A stretch of 64,000 nucleotides of DNA from the human T2T-CHM13v2.0 reference genome, Homo sapiens: the NCBI RefSeq assembly GCF_009914755.1, contig NC_060927.1, one strand, 5' to 3'. The position numbers and the translations under genes were made by a program. Positions within the stretch are counted from its first letter, which is position 1. Each line of letters starts with the position of its first letter. Below, piece by piece: positions 1 to 13,548 of this stretch. Under the pieces are notes generated by a model, which worked only from the letters and a program-made list of their open reading frames with translations, was not told where the DNA came from and made no database searches.

Positions 1-381
1 GGCATACTGGACTAGATCATTTAGAAACTCCCTTTCCCCTGCCCCCCGTTTATTTTATTTTTTTTAAATGATCTGGTCTTGTTTAATGCCTTAGCCTTAT
101 TAGTCAACTAAAAGCTTAAGAGAATTGGAAAACTTTCTACAACTTTATCTCAAATGTGTTTCTCTGGAAGTGGGTTCTCCATGGATATTGTTTTTATTTG
201 ATCACTACCTTATTTTTTCTGACTGCCAACTGTCTGAAATAGGTTGACACCTATAAATGAAAACTGAAATTCTTTGAACATTAGTTTGTCTATCTATAAT
301 TAGCAATAAACATAAAGGCAATAAAAGATTTACAAAATAATAAAAAGGCAGATTAATTTCATCCATGTTTTTCCTTCCAAG

Positions 382-430
382 GTTACATTGCACCATGGAG
401 TGGCAGGTTTTATTCATTGTGGGATACTGG
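382..430 (+). CDS. STT3B: STT3B internal coding exon (49 bp; probably exon 8), GYIAPWSGRFYSLWDTG
   Basis: ttccttccaag acceptor and gtaagt donor; translation matches STT3 family; phase-2 end joins the next exon in frame. Confidence 0.95.
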
Positions 431-1572
431 GTAAGTACAGTTACATTATTTGGCATCATATTTATTGAAATACTGCTTTTCCTTTGTTTTTATCTGTTTT
501 GTCAGTGTTTCACTCAGTTCTTGGGCAACACTTCTAAGTACCAAAGATGCTAGTTTAGTAAATGTTAAATTCCTTTTACTTTATCTTGTTATGATACCTG
601 TTCTGAATGCATCTTTAGTATGAAATGTACGTTGTGTATTACTGTTCTGCATGGGCAACTCCTTGTTTCCGTTTTGTTTGTAAGAATATTTAGGTTACCT
701 TTGCGCAATTTAAAGATTGATTTGTCTTTTACCTAACATATAACATTTTCATCTTTAGTAATAATTTTTTATTCTTAAGAATTCTTAAGGATACTGTTTA
801 ATTGCCATAGATAGGAAGAAAATTTAATTTTTTCTAATACCATCTGATCTAAGTTTTTTTGTTTTTTTAAATCTGTGAAACACAAGAGAATATATATCTG
901 TTGTGGTTTTTTTTTTTAAAGTGCTGTTATAAAATGAGTTAATACATTTGGTTTTGAATTAGACTAGTTCAATAAAACTTTTTTTCTCTAAAATGTTTTC
1001 CTGGAGATTAGAAAATATCTATTGATTATAATTTATGCCCCTCCTCTGTTCCTGCTGTTCTGTCTTGTTACTCCCCAGGTGGCTCAATAAAAAACAATTT
1101 ATTGAACAGACATGCTTTCTGATGTGATACCAGAAGGACTTGTGTCCAGGTCTAATTAAAGGACATAAGCAAATTATGCATGAATGACTGGAACTAACAA
1201 TTAGACACATACTTCAAGAGTTCAGCCTGTGGATCACTAACGAATTTGAAGGATAACCCAAGTTGTAGAATGTTATTCTGATTAGGTTAAATTACTAGGT
1301 TAACTTGTGCAGTTATATTATAAAGTAATAATATAACTGTAAAATAAATTATACAGTTATATATAACTGTAAAGTAAAATTGTAATATTATAATATAACT
1401 TGTGCAGTTATATTATAAAGTAGTCAATTAATTGACTACTTTAGAATCTCAGGGTGTTTCAGTAATAATTTTTTCAGTCCTTTCCATTTCCTTCACCTGT
1501 CTCCATGCCAGCTTCATGTCAAGCAAGGCATTATTGTGTAAGGTGTAATTATTGGGTAAAGTATTTCTGCTA

Positions 1573-1769
1573 CAGGTTGAGTATTCAAAATCTGAAACGC
1601 TCTAAAATCATGAACTTGTTGAGCACCAACATGATGCTAAAAGGAAATGCTTATTGAAGCATTTCAGAATTTCAGATTAGAGATGCTGAACTGGTAAGTA
1701 TAATGCAAATATTCTAAAATCTGAAACACTGCTGGTTCTAAGCATTTCAGATAAAGGATATTCAGTCTG
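1573..1769 (-). mobile_element. Tigger4a/MER46A-like DNA transposon MITE
   Basis: TA-flanked caggttgagtat...atattcagtctg ends with the typical internal aaatctgaaa repeats. Confidence 0.75.
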
Positions 1770-2126
1770 TAGTAATAATTCCAAAAGGTAATGAGACTCG
1801 TTGATGCAAACATGAAAAATGCTGACTTAAACTACAGAACAAATTGCCAGTTGAACAGAGATTTCTGTATTGGAATTCAGAGCCAACATTCTCATGTCTG
1901 GATCTAGATAATTCTCTGAATTTTACAGAGGGCATATTAGTTTTAGTTTTACCAGTGTAGACCAAACAGAAACTATCCAGTATAACTGGTTACCTTGGAA
2001 GGTATATTTAAATAAGAAGGGGTAGGGAGTAGGTACCATTTCTACAACCAAACAAGATTTCTTCATCTAAAAGGAACTCCTGTTTTATCACTTAATTGTA
2101 AACAATATTAACTTTTTTAATACCAG

Positions 2127-2281
2127 GTATGCAAAAATACACATTCCAATTATTGCATCAGTGTCTGAGCATCAACCTACGACTTGGGTGTCTTTCTTCT
2201 TTGATCTACATATTCTTGTATGTACCTTCCCAGCAGGCCTTTGGTTCTGCATCAAAAATATCAACGATGAAAGAGTATTTG
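2127..2281 (+). CDS. STT3B: STT3B coding exon (155 bp; ~exon 9), [20 protein letters not shown]...NDERVF
   Basis: taccag/gtaag boundaries; contains the conserved SVSE motif of external loop 5. Confidence 0.97.
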
Positions 2282-2443
2282 GTAAGAGAGGTTTTTAATG
2301 AATACTTTGATATGGAATAGTTATTTTTCTTTTTGAGATTATTTACTTTAAATTTTTGTTTTTCTATGTTTGACTCTATATATTCAAGATAAATTTTCTC
2401 CTTTATTTTGCATAGGTGCTTAACCAAGAAAAATTCACTGAGA

Positions 2444-2751
<308 letters not shown>

Positions 2752-3414
2752 TCATTGAATTTGTATTAAGTATTTTGATTGTTTTAATTTAGGACTAGTA
2801 TATTATGGTTTCTGAGAGGTTAATGTTGTAGTTTGTGTTTGAGAATTGAAAATTTTAACTTTGTTGACAATAGCCTTGACTTTGTTTTCTGAGTAAAATT
2901 TTATTTAAGTAGGAAGAAGTTTTTAGGGACATTCATCTTCCAGATTTCAGAGCAAAGACCATTTTATAGCGGAATAAGGATCACCTTTCACTAAACATCC
3001 TCTTCATTGATAGATTTGTATATTTCCAACTAATAAGACTTGAAATACAAAATATTTAAATGCCAAGTATTTAGGGTTCTATATTTCTAATATAAGTGGA
3101 CAAAATAAGCAGATATCAAAGGCTTCTACATGATTTAATCACACATGAAATATGCTGTGGTTGTTTTGTATGAGATAAAAACTGAAACTGAGAAAAACTT
3201 TATCACGTGCACAGGATCACACCAGTTGGTAAGTAATTTGTAGTGCTAGAAACTTGTACAATTATAGGATCTGGACCATGAGTGACACATGAATCAGGAA
3301 AGAAAGAACAGCACCTGTAGGGGTTCAGTTTAAAGGATTGCACACTCATTGTTCTCTAGGTTAATGGATCCTGGATGAGGCCCTGTTAATACTGCATCAT
3401 TCAAGAAGATTTAA

Positions 3415-3870
3415 CTTAAACCTCATGACTCAGTAATCCCATTCCTATGTATATATCTAAGAGAAGTGAGTGCATATGTCTACCAGAAGACATGTTTAAG
3501 AATGCATTAGTAATTTTATCTACAGTAACCCCTAATAGTAAATATTCCAAAGTCATCAGCAGTAGCATGAATAAATTTTTGTATATCTGTAGTGGAATAC
3601 AACACAACAATCATTAAAGAACAGGATGGGGAAATAAGAGAAGCCAATACAAAAGAGAACATTTTTATGTGGTTACATTCCTGTAAAGTTCAACAATAAG
3701 GAATACTAATTCTTTAGAAGTCTAAATAGTGGTTACCTTTTTTGATAGGGGAGGGGGTTGTTACTGACTGAGAAGAGGCATGAGGACATATAAAAATGTT
3801 CTATATCATTATGGGTTGTAGTTACACAGGTGTGTATATATACAAATTCATTGAGATACACACTTAAGAA
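3415..3870 (+). mobile_element. Old L1M 3' fragment
   Basis: Degenerate L1 3'-end motifs (gactcagtaatcccattccta, agtggttacctt). Confidence 0.6.
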
Positions 3871-4552
3871 TATGATGCGATGTATTTTTTAGTCAGGAAG
3901 AAAAATTTAATTAGCATCAGATAAGGTAGGAGCTCACATGACTCACTGAATTTGTAAAGTTATACATAGCCTTCAGCCAGAAATAGTTAGAGTCTTTTCC
4001 TGTGGTTAGCACATTATCCAGAAAGCTCTGGCTATTGGAAATTTGTTTCAAAAATTTTTTTTAAGTTTCTTGGCAGTAACTTTGCAGGTTCCTCCTTTGA
4101 TTAATAACTTACGTTCTTCTCATCCCGTTTTTGTTTTAAAGCAGGTTTTATGCCAGATATTGGCACTGGCTTTTTATAGATTTTAAATCTATAAATTTAT
4201 TTTGCCTGGAGATGTCATGCACAAATATGTTTTTATCTGCCAGCTATGGGTTTTTTATGATGTTATTGACAAATAGTGAATTAAGTCTAATTCTTCATAA
4301 CTAATTAAATTTGAATCATATACATTTTTCTAAACTGTGGATGTGTAGGTTTTATTTAGTGAACACTAGTTATAATTTCTAAATGTGGCTAATTAATCAG
4401 TTGTTCAGTAGTATCAATTTAGAAACAATTAGATCGTTTGTGAGACATTTATATAATTCCAGGTTGGTTTTATAGTGTGGTTTTAAGTATCTAGTTCAGT
4501 TTCCTGGGAACTTTTTCCCTCCAACATATTGTAAGAGAATTTGTCTTTGCAG

Positions 4553-4764
4553 TTGCTCTATATGCAATCAGTGCTGTCTACTTTGCTGGAGTGATGGTGC
4601 GACTGATGTTGACTTTGACTCCAGTCGTGTGTATGCTGTCTGCAATTGCCTTTTCAAATGTTTTTGAGCACTATTTGGGGGATGACATGAAAAGGGAAAA
4701 TCCACCTGTGGAGGACAGCAGTGATGAGGATGACAAAAGAAACCAAGGAAATTTGTATGATAAG
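4553..4764 (+). CDS. STT3B: STT3B coding exon (212 bp; ~exon 10), VALYAISAVYFAGVMVRLML...EDSSDEDDKRNQGNLYDK
   Basis: tttgcag/gtgggg boundaries; conserved VMVRLMLTL segment; frame continuous with flanking exons. Confidence 0.97.
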
Positions 4765-6129
4765 GTGGGGAATCTAAAGTAAGGCCTTTAAATTGTCTAT
4801 GTCCTTTCTTAATTTTTCCACCACAGTAAGAACTATACATATCAAGAAATGTTATTAAATGATGATTTGGACAAACTGTGACTTTTCTAGTTGGTCTCCA
4901 CTGTTTGCCTCAAAATATGAATCCTGGTCAGTCCTTTAGCTCAGAGTTAGAAAATAGAATGTAATCAGAGAAGGAATTCCTCTTTTTGGTAATTTGTTAT
5001 CTAAATACTTAAGATATATACCCTTGTTAATATACCCTTCCATTTTTGAGAGCAAAAACTTTATGCTGTACTAAATTACATAACATTTGGCACTGTAAAC
5101 CCCTCTGAAACCATGTGGACAGACAGGTGCTTATCCTTGAGGTCCATACTCAGTGCATACTTTCAAAATATTTTGGAAGTGACATTTGATTGGTTGAACA
5201 GTAAAATGAAGGGAGCAAAATGCCTTTTTTAAAACCCTCCAGTTCGTTAGCAATAGGTAACTGGCCAATACAGGTAATTTATTTTTAATCTATAGTTTCT
5301 CAGTTGGTGCAAGTGTGAAAAGGACTTGTAAGAATTAGAGCACTTGTCTTGGATGACATATTAAACTTTGCTATTTGAATATTGCCTGGATTTTAAAATA
5401 CTAATAAATTAAACTTCCCAGTATCAGTAATAACTTTGAAATTCTTTCCTTCTATAAGATGAATGTAATTCATAAAGATGTGTGTTAATAAACCCACATT
5501 CCTGATTTTTGTGTTTGTTGTTATTGTTGGGGTTTTTTTGTTGCTTTGTGGTTTCTTAACCAGCCTTGAAATTTAGAAGTTGTGACTTTTTCTATTCTCT
5601 CTTCCCTTTTCTGTTGGGGAAGGTGATTTTTTAAGGTAATCGTAGTTTTAACAAGTCTGTTGGTTTTAGGGTTTCGAAATCAGAAGACTGATTCTGTTAA
5701 TGCAGTTTTTTCCTATACTAAAGTGGTACATGGTCAAAATTATAGCTGAGCATTGCCATTTTCAGGATGTGGAATTCAGATTTTATAAGAATTTACATAT
5801 TAAGATTTCACCAGAATGGGGTCATTTGGTTAATCTCCTTTGTATTTAATTAAAGTATAAGGACAACTGGGTTTGAAAGCAGCTTCTTACTGGAGATAAT
5901 TATTTTGCTCTGTGACCAGTTTCTGGATTGGTATATTCCCAGGAAACCTTATTCACGTTTGACTTAGAAAACACTCCATCACCCACATAAGAATATCTGA
6001 TGGTTATACATTTTCTGAGTCATAGAATTAAATTGATAGATAAACAGTCTCTCAACTTTTTCCATTGAGTATCTTAATGAAGCAAGTCAAATAATGAATT
6101 TGTCTAACCAATTTTTTTAATATCTTTAG

Positions 6130-6317
6130 GCAGGTAAAGTGAGGAAACATGCAACTGAACAGGAAAAAACTGAAGAGGGATTAGGCCCTAATATAAAAAG
6201 CATTGTCACCATGTTGATGCTGATGCTATTGATGATGTTTGCTGTCCACTGTACCTGGGTCACAAGCAATGCCTACTCTAGTCCAAGTGTAGTCCTGGCC
6301 TCATACAATCATGATGG
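6130..6317 (+). CDS. STT3B: STT3B coding exon (188 bp; ~exon 11), AGKVRKHATEQ...AYSSPSVVLASYNHDG
   Basis: ctttag/gtaag boundaries; last TM helix and conserved AYSSPS motif. Confidence 0.97.
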
Positions 6318-6429
6318 GTAAGAAAATAACTCGGATACAAAAACATTTTATACTTACACTTCTTTTTCGTTGTCTCAAAGGATATAATTAAAAAATAGAA
6401 TGTTGTTTGTGAGATTCTGCATTTGCTTG

Positions 6430-6690
6430 TTTTTAATTTTTTATTTTAATTTTGGTAGGTACACAGTAAATACATAATTTTATGGGGTACATTCTATTTA
6501 TGTCTTTTGATACAGGCATGTGTAATAATCACGTGTAAAATGGGGTTTCCATCCCCTCAACTATTTATCCTTTCAGTTACAAACGATCAAGTTACACTCT
6601 TAGTTATTTTTAAATGTATAATTAAATTATTTTTGACTGTAATCACACTGTGGTGTTCGTACCCGTTAACCATCCCCGTGCACTCTCCCC
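6430..6690 (-). mobile_element. L1MA-type 3' fragment, antisense
   Basis: tttatggggtaca...ttttgatacaggcat...ttttagttatttttaaatgta matches the L1MA 3' end reverse strand. Confidence 0.65.
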
Positions 6691-6869
6691 CGCCCCTGCC
6701 AGCCTCTGCCTTGTGCTCCTGTGAAGCTCTGTATTTGAATCTACCTTTCTTTGTCCTCTCCTCCACCTTGGTGCCATGGGTAGTAATCATTGTATTTCAT
6801 GCTCTTTTCCAGAATATTTCTGCATGCATAATCATATACATTAGTTTTTCTCAAATGTGTGGTCTTTGT

Positions 6870-7200
6870 ACACACAGCATCATCATTACCATGAAACTTG
6901 TTAGAAATGCAAATTCTTGACCTCACCCTAATGTTACAGAATTAGAAACCTGGGGCTGGGGCCTAGCAGTCTGTGGTTTAATAGACCTAGGTGATTCAGA
7001 TGCAGCTAAAATGTAAGAACAGCTGATTTATGTATTGCCATGGCTTTCAACTACTCTTTCACTTGGGAGCTTATTAGGCTTGTACACTATTAGGCCCTAC
7101 CCCAGAACTACTGAATCAGAATCGGCTTTTTTTTTTTTTTTTTAAATACAAGATATGCAGGTGGTTTGTGCACACACACATTAGTTTGAATAACACCAGT
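6870..7200. mobile_element. MER5-like hAT-Charlie MITE fragments
   Basis: cttgttagaaatgcaaattctt...ggtgattc and ccccagaactactgaatcagaat motifs. Confidence 0.65.
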
Positions 7201-7369
7201 CTAGCTCTTCATTGTTTCACTTTTTTTTTTCTCATTGGTAGAGGCTTTTACTTAATAACTACCATCCTTAAAATCTGAAAGTATTCAGTGGTTTAATACC
7301 TCAAGATTTTAAGTTAGCCTCTTCACATTTGTGACATCTCATTTAAAAGAGTATTGTGATTCTTTTCAG

Positions 7370-7541
7370 CACCAGGAATATCTTAGATGATTTTAGAGAA
7401 GCTTACTTTTGGCTAAGGCAAAATACAGATGAACATGCACGAGTAATGTCTTGGTGGGATTATGGCTATCAGATAGCTGGAATGGCTAATAGAACTACGT
7501 TGGTGGATAATAACACCTGGAATAACAGCCACATAGCACTG
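7370..7541 (+). CDS. STT3B: STT3B coding exon (172 bp; ~exon 12) with WWDYG acceptor-binding motif and DNNTWNN
   Basis: ttttcag/gtaag boundaries; [10 protein letters not shown]...SWWDYGYQI...[12 protein letters not shown] is the STT3 signature. Confidence 0.99.
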
Positions 7542-8409
7542 GTAAGGATTTACTAAATACAAGGTTAAAAAATCTTTATTCACTCCTTAGCAATCAGGCT
7601 TCACTTGTGACTAAATAGGAAAAATGTGGGTGAAAAGTACTCTGCTGAATTCTCAAAATACTTTTTTACACATATGTTCAATAAAGTGAGTTCAAGGTGT
7701 GCTTATTTTGTTTTTAAGAATGATACTAAGTATCATTCAGAATTGCAGGCTGATTTCTGGTAGATTTTATGATAAATTTAGCTTACTGAAGAATTAGACA
7801 AAATCTGAAACTTAAAATGTTTGGCTTGTATTTTTCGTGTTATAAACTAAAAATTATTTGCAAATATGTAAAGTAAATGCACTGTATTTTATGGATAGGC
7901 AAACTGTTCCTCTAGCTATTAAACAACTAATCTGCATAGATTAATGTAATCCCCTCTTTGTACTTCAAAGATTTTTAAATACAAAGAGTAGTCTTAACCA
8001 AATGAATTCTATTTGTATTACTGTTGTAGCTAATTATCAGATGCATGCTAGACTGGGGAGAAGAAATGTATGTGCTAGCAAGATCACTGGCCAGCCCTGG
8101 CCTGCGGTTGTGAGAAGTTGTTTTTTCTAAGCTTGCCTGCTTTCATCATAAAATGTTAATGTTATAGAACTTAATTATTAGCAAAATATTAGAGCATGTA
8201 TTCTGATTTTTGACTGTAAATTAGTTATAGTAGTTGAGAGGTTCATAAATTCCAGTGCATTTGTTGAATTCATAGTAAATCATTTCTGCAAAAAAATTCC
8301 ATGTAAAACAAACTCTTGATGAATTCCATGTTGTAGTAAAAAATATACATTGATTTTTATGAATGTGGGAATAATCAAAAACATTCTCATTTTTTTTTAA
8401 ATTCTGCAG

Positions 8410-8583
8410 GTGGGAAAAGCTATGTCTTCTAATGAAACAGCAGCCTATAAAATCATGAGGACTCTAGATGTAGATTATGTTTTGGTTATTTTTGGAGGGG
8501 TTATTGGCTATTCTGGTGATGATATCAACAAATTTCTCTGGATGGTTAGGATAGCTGAAGGAGAACATCCCAAAGACATTCGG
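8410..8583 (+). CDS. STT3B: STT3B coding exon (174 bp; ~exon 13) with DK motif (DINKFLWM)
   Basis: ctgcag/gtaag boundaries; VGKAMSSNE...[16 protein letters not shown]. Confidence 0.98.
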
Positions 8584-9568
8584 GTAAGAAACTAGATAAT
8601 TCCAGGTATGTGAAAGATAGCTCACTGTGTCCTCGTAATTCTCTCATCTTGCTAATTGCATTGTATTTGTTTCATCATCCTATCCCTCAGATTAGTTCCT
8701 TACCCTGGCTTTACTATTTATTAAAGATAGTAGAGGCATTTCCTATATTAAAACTTTTTGAAGTCAAAATGGAACTAATATACCATTCTTCCCTATGAAG
8801 CAGTCCCTTGCCAAGACTTCTTACTTTTACGTCTCTTCACAGCCTCTCATGTCATCCCTTTCTTTCCATTTCCATTGCTTCCACTCTAGTACTTACCCTT
8901 ATGCTTGTAAACCTGAAATAGGATAGTAACCTTGAAATTGCTATCTTTGCCTTGTTTCCTCCCTCCCAGTGTAAGATAAAATTGATCGTGTTACTTTTAG
9001 GCTCAAAAGACTTCAATAGATTAAGGGAAAGGGTCTTAAAACCATATAGACATGAGTTAAAACTAAAACTGTCAACTTGGGCAAGTTATTTTAGCAAGTC
9101 AACATAATATGCTTTGAGCACTAGGTCTAGTTCTAGGATCTGGAATTAAAATGGTGACCGAGGCCGACTAGGTTATCTTTTGCCAAAAATAACTAATTTA
9201 TAGTGCCGTTTAATGAGAATTTATAGTAAAGTAGTTGAAGCCCCAGCCTAGGGACTGGTACAAAATAGATAACCTCTGATAAAACATTAGTATAAAGTGT
9301 AAACTCTTTAGCTTGGAATGTAAGCCTCTTTATGTTTTGCCTTCCTTTGCTGGTGTCTTGTTCTTCTGCCACCTTTGTCTACTCTGCCAGTATGTTCTAG
9401 CCCCTGAAACTTGCTTGTGCTTTCTTTCCTTGACTCACCTGACACGTGTGTTTTTACTGTTCTCTTTCCTGGAATACCTTCCCTACCACAGACTTGCCCC
9501 CTCTCCAAAAGCCCTTTTCTGGTATACTCACATCTGTACTCATCACCAAATTATTTATACCTGTTTTG

Positions 9569-9909
9569 CAGGAGTCCCCAGACCCCAGGCAGCGGACCAG
9601 CACTGGTCCGTGGCCTGTTAGGAACCAGGCCACATAGCAGGAGGTAAGGGGCAGGTGAGCGATCATTGCCGCCTGAGCTCCGCCTCCTATCAGACCAGCG
9701 GCAGCATTAGATTTTCATAGGAGCACAAACCCTATCGTGAACTGCGCATGCAGGGGATCTAGGTTGCATGTTCCTTATGAGAATCTAACTAATGCCTGTT
9801 GATCTGAGGGGGAACAGTTTCATCTAGAAACCAGCAGCCCTCCGCCATCCGTGGAAAAATTGTCTTCCACGAAACTGGTCTCTGGTGCCAAAAAGGTTGG
9901 GAACCACTG
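9569..9909 (+). mobile_element. MER1B-like hAT-Charlie element
   Basis: caggagtcccca...aaaaggttgggaaccactg ends; 8-bp TSD ctgttttg/cttttttg (1 mismatch), typical of hAT. Confidence 0.85.
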
Positions 9910-10358
9910 CTTTTTTGTATTAGATTGTGTCTTACCTCTTTCACTAAATTGTGAGCTTTTAGAAGATGGACATCCAGCATTGTGCTTTTACATGATGAAG
10001 GCACAAAAGATAAGAGTAATTGCCACTGATCCAGAATAAAGGAATCTTTTGGGAAAAATGTATGCAGGTGTCGTGTGATGCAGATGAAGTAAAGCCTCAG
10101 ATTTCCTGGTCAAATGTCAATGCTGTAATGTTTCCCTTAACTGTGATTAGTAAACATTATTTTTTTGTATTAATCTTCTGAAATTTAATTCTCCCAGTAT
10201 GGTTTTTATTTGTGGATTTGCTTTAGCAGTCAGTGTTAAAACTGTGACATGTGATAGATCACTGTTTCTAAATGTATGCTTTGAACATTAATATTACAGA
10301 AGTCCTAAATTTCTGTGCATCTTAAATTATTTTTAAACTTTGTGAATAGATAATACAC

Positions 10359-10466
10359 TCATATGGTTCAAAAGTAAAGTATAAGAGGATATACAATAAA
10401 TGTCTACCCCCTTCACGTGATTCAAAAATAAAGTATAAGAGGATATACAAAAAAGTCTACCCCCCC
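10359..10466. repeat. Two-copy ~54-bp tandem duplication
   Basis: ttcaaaa(g/a)taaagtataagaggatatacaa..gtctacccc repeated with period 54. Confidence 0.85.
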
Positions 10467-11289
10467 TAAAAAAAAAAAAAGTTCCTCTATAGGTAATAAC
10501 AATGTATTGTGTACTTGTAAGTTGCTAAGAGAGTAGATATTTCAGTGTTCTCACTACAACAAAATAAGTATGATTGATGCATATGTTAATTAGATCGATG
10601 TAGCCATTTCACAGTGCATATTTCAAAACATGGTGTACACCATAAATATACACAAATTTATGTGTCAGTTAAAAATGGGGGGGCGGGCGGGCGGTGGAGT
10701 CCCTGGTAATCACTGGTTATTTTCTTGTGATTCTTAACTTCTAGCAAGTTATATACCCTGTTCACTTCATAATATGTCTTGGTGATTTTTCCATGTTAGA
10801 ATATGGAGAACTTCTTTATTCCTTTGTTTACATTTGCACAGTACGTTGCATTTTTTGTGTGTGTGCATGATTTATTTAACCTGTCACCATTGATGGAATT
10901 TAGATTGTTTCCAGTATTTTAGTTTTATAAACAATGGCATAATAACTTTCTGCATTCATTATTTTGGCCATATACAAGTATCTCTGTAGCGTTAATTCCT
11001 GGAAAAGGAATTTCTGACTCAGAAATTACATTTTTTACCTAGAGTGCCAAAATTGTTCCTCATAGAGGTTAATTTATAAGTTAACCCCATAAAAATTACC
11101 ACAGGAGTCTTTTTAACATTGTCCTCCCCAAATAAAGCCGATTTTAAAGTTCATGTGGAAAAATTTAGCTAGAACACTTAAGAAAACTCTGAAAAGGAGT
11201 AACGGAGATGAGGATGGGTAATTGAGAGAGCCAGCCTTACCTGGTATTAAGCCATGGTGTTGGTACCAGTCTCTTTAAATTATGAAAGT

Positions 11290-11712
<423 letters not shown>

Positions 11713-11754
11713 TTAACTTGAACTAACATAGAACTTGTGGTTTCTTTCTTGTAG

Positions 11755-11868
11755 GAAAGTGACTATTTTACCCCACAGGGAGAATTCCGTGTAGACAAAG
11801 CAGGATCCCCTACTTTGTTGAATTGCCTTATGTATAAAATGTCATACTACAGATTTGGAGAAATGCAG
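11755..11868 (+). CDS. STT3B: STT3B coding exon (114 bp; ~exon 14), [38 protein letters not shown]
   Basis: ttcttgtag/gttagt boundaries; phase 0-0; absent from the ORF track but translates as conserved STT3 sequence. Confidence 0.97.
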
Positions 11869-12564
11869 GTTAGTTAAATCCATTTTTCTCTAATTTTCAT
11901 TCAAAATAATGTTTAAAACAAGTCTTATTTGCCTCTAGAAAACAGGATAATGATATTTTGATTGTGCTGAAGAGAAATGTGCTTATCTAAATAGTCTTTT
12001 TTTCATTAAATTTAGATTTCTGAAACTAATATGTGAGAAATTAGAAAATAAAATTTTAGATCAAGGACTTCTTTCTAACATATTTATTAACAGTAGCCTC
12101 AAATCCAATCTTTGCTTGCCATCTCACCATTAGAACTCATGCTTTTGGAAAGTATTGTTCTCCAAGAAGAGTTCTCCTAGCTAGGAAACAGTGTGGTGTC
12201 TTAGGTCACTTTGCTGCTTGGTGGAGAAAAGCTTAAAATTAAAGATTCGAAGTAAATAGTCACTTCAGATGTTCACTCTCTCCCCATTCTCCGTTACCAC
12301 AAATAGCTAGAGCTGCCTGGGTCAGAGTTTTCTAGTATATTAGAATGATGTGGTACAAAAGCTTAAGGGTCTACAAAATGAGTGAATGTGCAAAGAGGCA
12401 TTGTGGCAGAAAGAAGAAACAATGGACTTGATGTCATAACACCTGTGTTTTCGATCAGGTTCTGTCAAGTCATGTAACTCTCAGACAATTTGTATCTGCC
12501 TTGGATTCCACTTGGTTCTTTTCTTGTTTGTAAATAATGGGGCTTGGATTGATGACTTGATTTT

Positions 12565-13070
12565 TAAGGAAACCAGAATATGTCACCCCAAAATATGCCT
12601 CTTTGACATGAAAGTTAATTTTGAGCTGAAGGCAATTTAGAAGCAGCAAACAGAGAAAAAGTTCTATCTAACCTCTTTTCTGCCTAAAGGCAGAATATAA
12701 ATTCTCCTTTACTGGAGACAACTCTAAGACTCTTATCAGCCCAGAGAAAGCACCAGAGGAATCTGCAAACAAAATTTACTCCATTAGTTTCTCCCATATA
12801 TGTACCCTTCTACTAGTTTCTCCCATATATGTACCCTTCTACTTTCCCATCTTGAAGGCCTAAGACCACTATCCTTTGTCCTTTCTCCACAAATGTATTG
12901 TTCTTTGTTAAGCATGCTATAAAAGCCAGAGTTCTAAGCCACTGCTTTGAGTTCCTTTTCATTGAGGTTTCTCCTGCATAATGTGCGCCGAACGTCTTAA
13001 TAAATTTGTTTTGCTCTTGTTAATCTGTCCTTTGTTATAAGTGTCTGTCCCAAATTTTTATCTTCATACT
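12565..13070 (+). mobile_element. ERV1-class solo LTR (MER34/39/83-like), sense to STT3B
   Basis: Start gaaaccagaatatgtcaccccaaaatatgcctctttg; TATAAAA at 12918; AATAAA at 12999 with GU-rich U5. Confidence 0.7.
12785..12842. repeat. Perfect 29-bp tandem duplication
   Basis: tagtttctcccatatatgtacccttctac x2. Confidence 0.95.
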
Positions 13071-13223
13071 ATTAGTTTCACTGAAAACTGCTTATTTCTG
13101 TATTGCTCTCTGGTTAAGTTGATAAGAAAGCAGAGGAAAAATTGCTTGCTTAATTTTATACTATCACTGGGGATCAAGATAACTATCAAAACTAAAGGGG
13201 TGTGTTTGGACCTCAATTTGTGA

Positions 13224-13548
<325 letters not shown>

